Shown here piece after piece: positions 6,174 to 6,498 of a stretch of 6,498 bases of DNA. The translations under genes and the position numbers were made by a program. Under the pieces are notes generated by a model. That model was not told where the DNA came from, made no database searches, and saw nothing but the letters and a program-made list of their open reading frames with translations. Origin of the DNA: a virus (taxonomy: Duplodnaviria; Heunggongvirae; Uroviricota; Caudoviricetes); IMG/VR virus record IMGVR_UViG_2681813233_000001. One strand, written 5' to 3'. How positions within the stretch are numbered: position 1 is the first letter of the stretch; each line of letters starts with the position of its first letter.

Positions 6174-6498
6174 ACCGGTAGGCGATCTGGTCGTTGATTT
6201 AAGTCTGGATGCGGCCAGATTTGACGAGCAGATGGCCAGAGTCAGGCGTCATTTTTCCGGTACGGAAACTGATGCGAAAAAAACAGCGGCAGTCGTTGAA
6301 CAGTCGCTGAGCCGACAGGCGCTGGCTGCACAGAAAGCGGGGATTTCCGTCGGGCAGTATAAAGCCGCCATGCGTATGCTGCCTGCACAGTTCACCGACG
6401 TGGCCACGCAGCTTGCAGGCGGGCAAAGTCCGTGGCTGATCCTGCTGCAACAGGGTGGTCAGGTTAAGGACTCCTTCGGCGGGATGATCCCCATGTTC
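6166..6498 (+). CDS. H: Tail tape measure protein gpH, N-terminal 111 codons (CDS continues past the window end)
   Basis: ATG 6166 with GGAGGAG (6151-6157) 8 nt upstream; it overlaps the T stop (ATGGCTGA at 6166-6173). The frame is open to the window end; translation MAEPVGDLVVDLSLDAARFDEQMARVRRHFSGTETDAKKTAAVVEQSL... matches the lambda gpH N-terminus. Confidence 0.9.
   Translation, partial: MAEPVGDLVVDLSLDAARFDEQMARVRRHFSGTETDAKKTAAVVEQSLSRQALAAQKAGISVGQYKAAMRMLPAQFTDVATQLAGGQSPWLILLQQGGQVKDSFGGMIPMF

Noticed and set aside
1-6498. A novel or undescribed system (defence island, toxin-antitoxin, cargo gene, CRISPR, mobile element)
   Set aside because: Every substantial ORF is accounted for by a canonical lambdoid head or tail gene in conserved order on one strand. 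Intergenic spacers are at most about 55 nt. I see no room for, or signal of, an inserted accessory module.

Overview
This window is the head and tail morphogenesis module of the late operon of a lambda-like (lambdoid) siphophage or prophage. Every gene is on the + strand, tightly packed, in the canonical lambda order: portal B (last 20 codons) - C (head protease, with the nested in-frame Nu3 scaffold) - D (decoration) - E (major capsid) - FI - FII - Z - U - V (major tail tube) - G and the G-T frameshift fusion - H (tape measure, first 111 codons). Gene calls rest on ORF structure and ribosome-binding sites read from the sequence, plus recognition from memory of the lambda protein sequences; no database search was possible. 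There are no tRNA or rRNA genes, CRISPR arrays, insertion sequences or long repeats, and all minus-strand ORFs look like GC-driven artefacts. I see no evidence of a new, undescribed system: this is a well-characterised structural module. The one real anomaly is that the FI homolog is out of frame with its own well-positioned ATG and ribosome-binding site. Other points worth a look are the GGGAAAG slippery site for the G-T fusion, two terminator-like hairpins bracketing the E gene, and the nested C/Nu3 arrangement.
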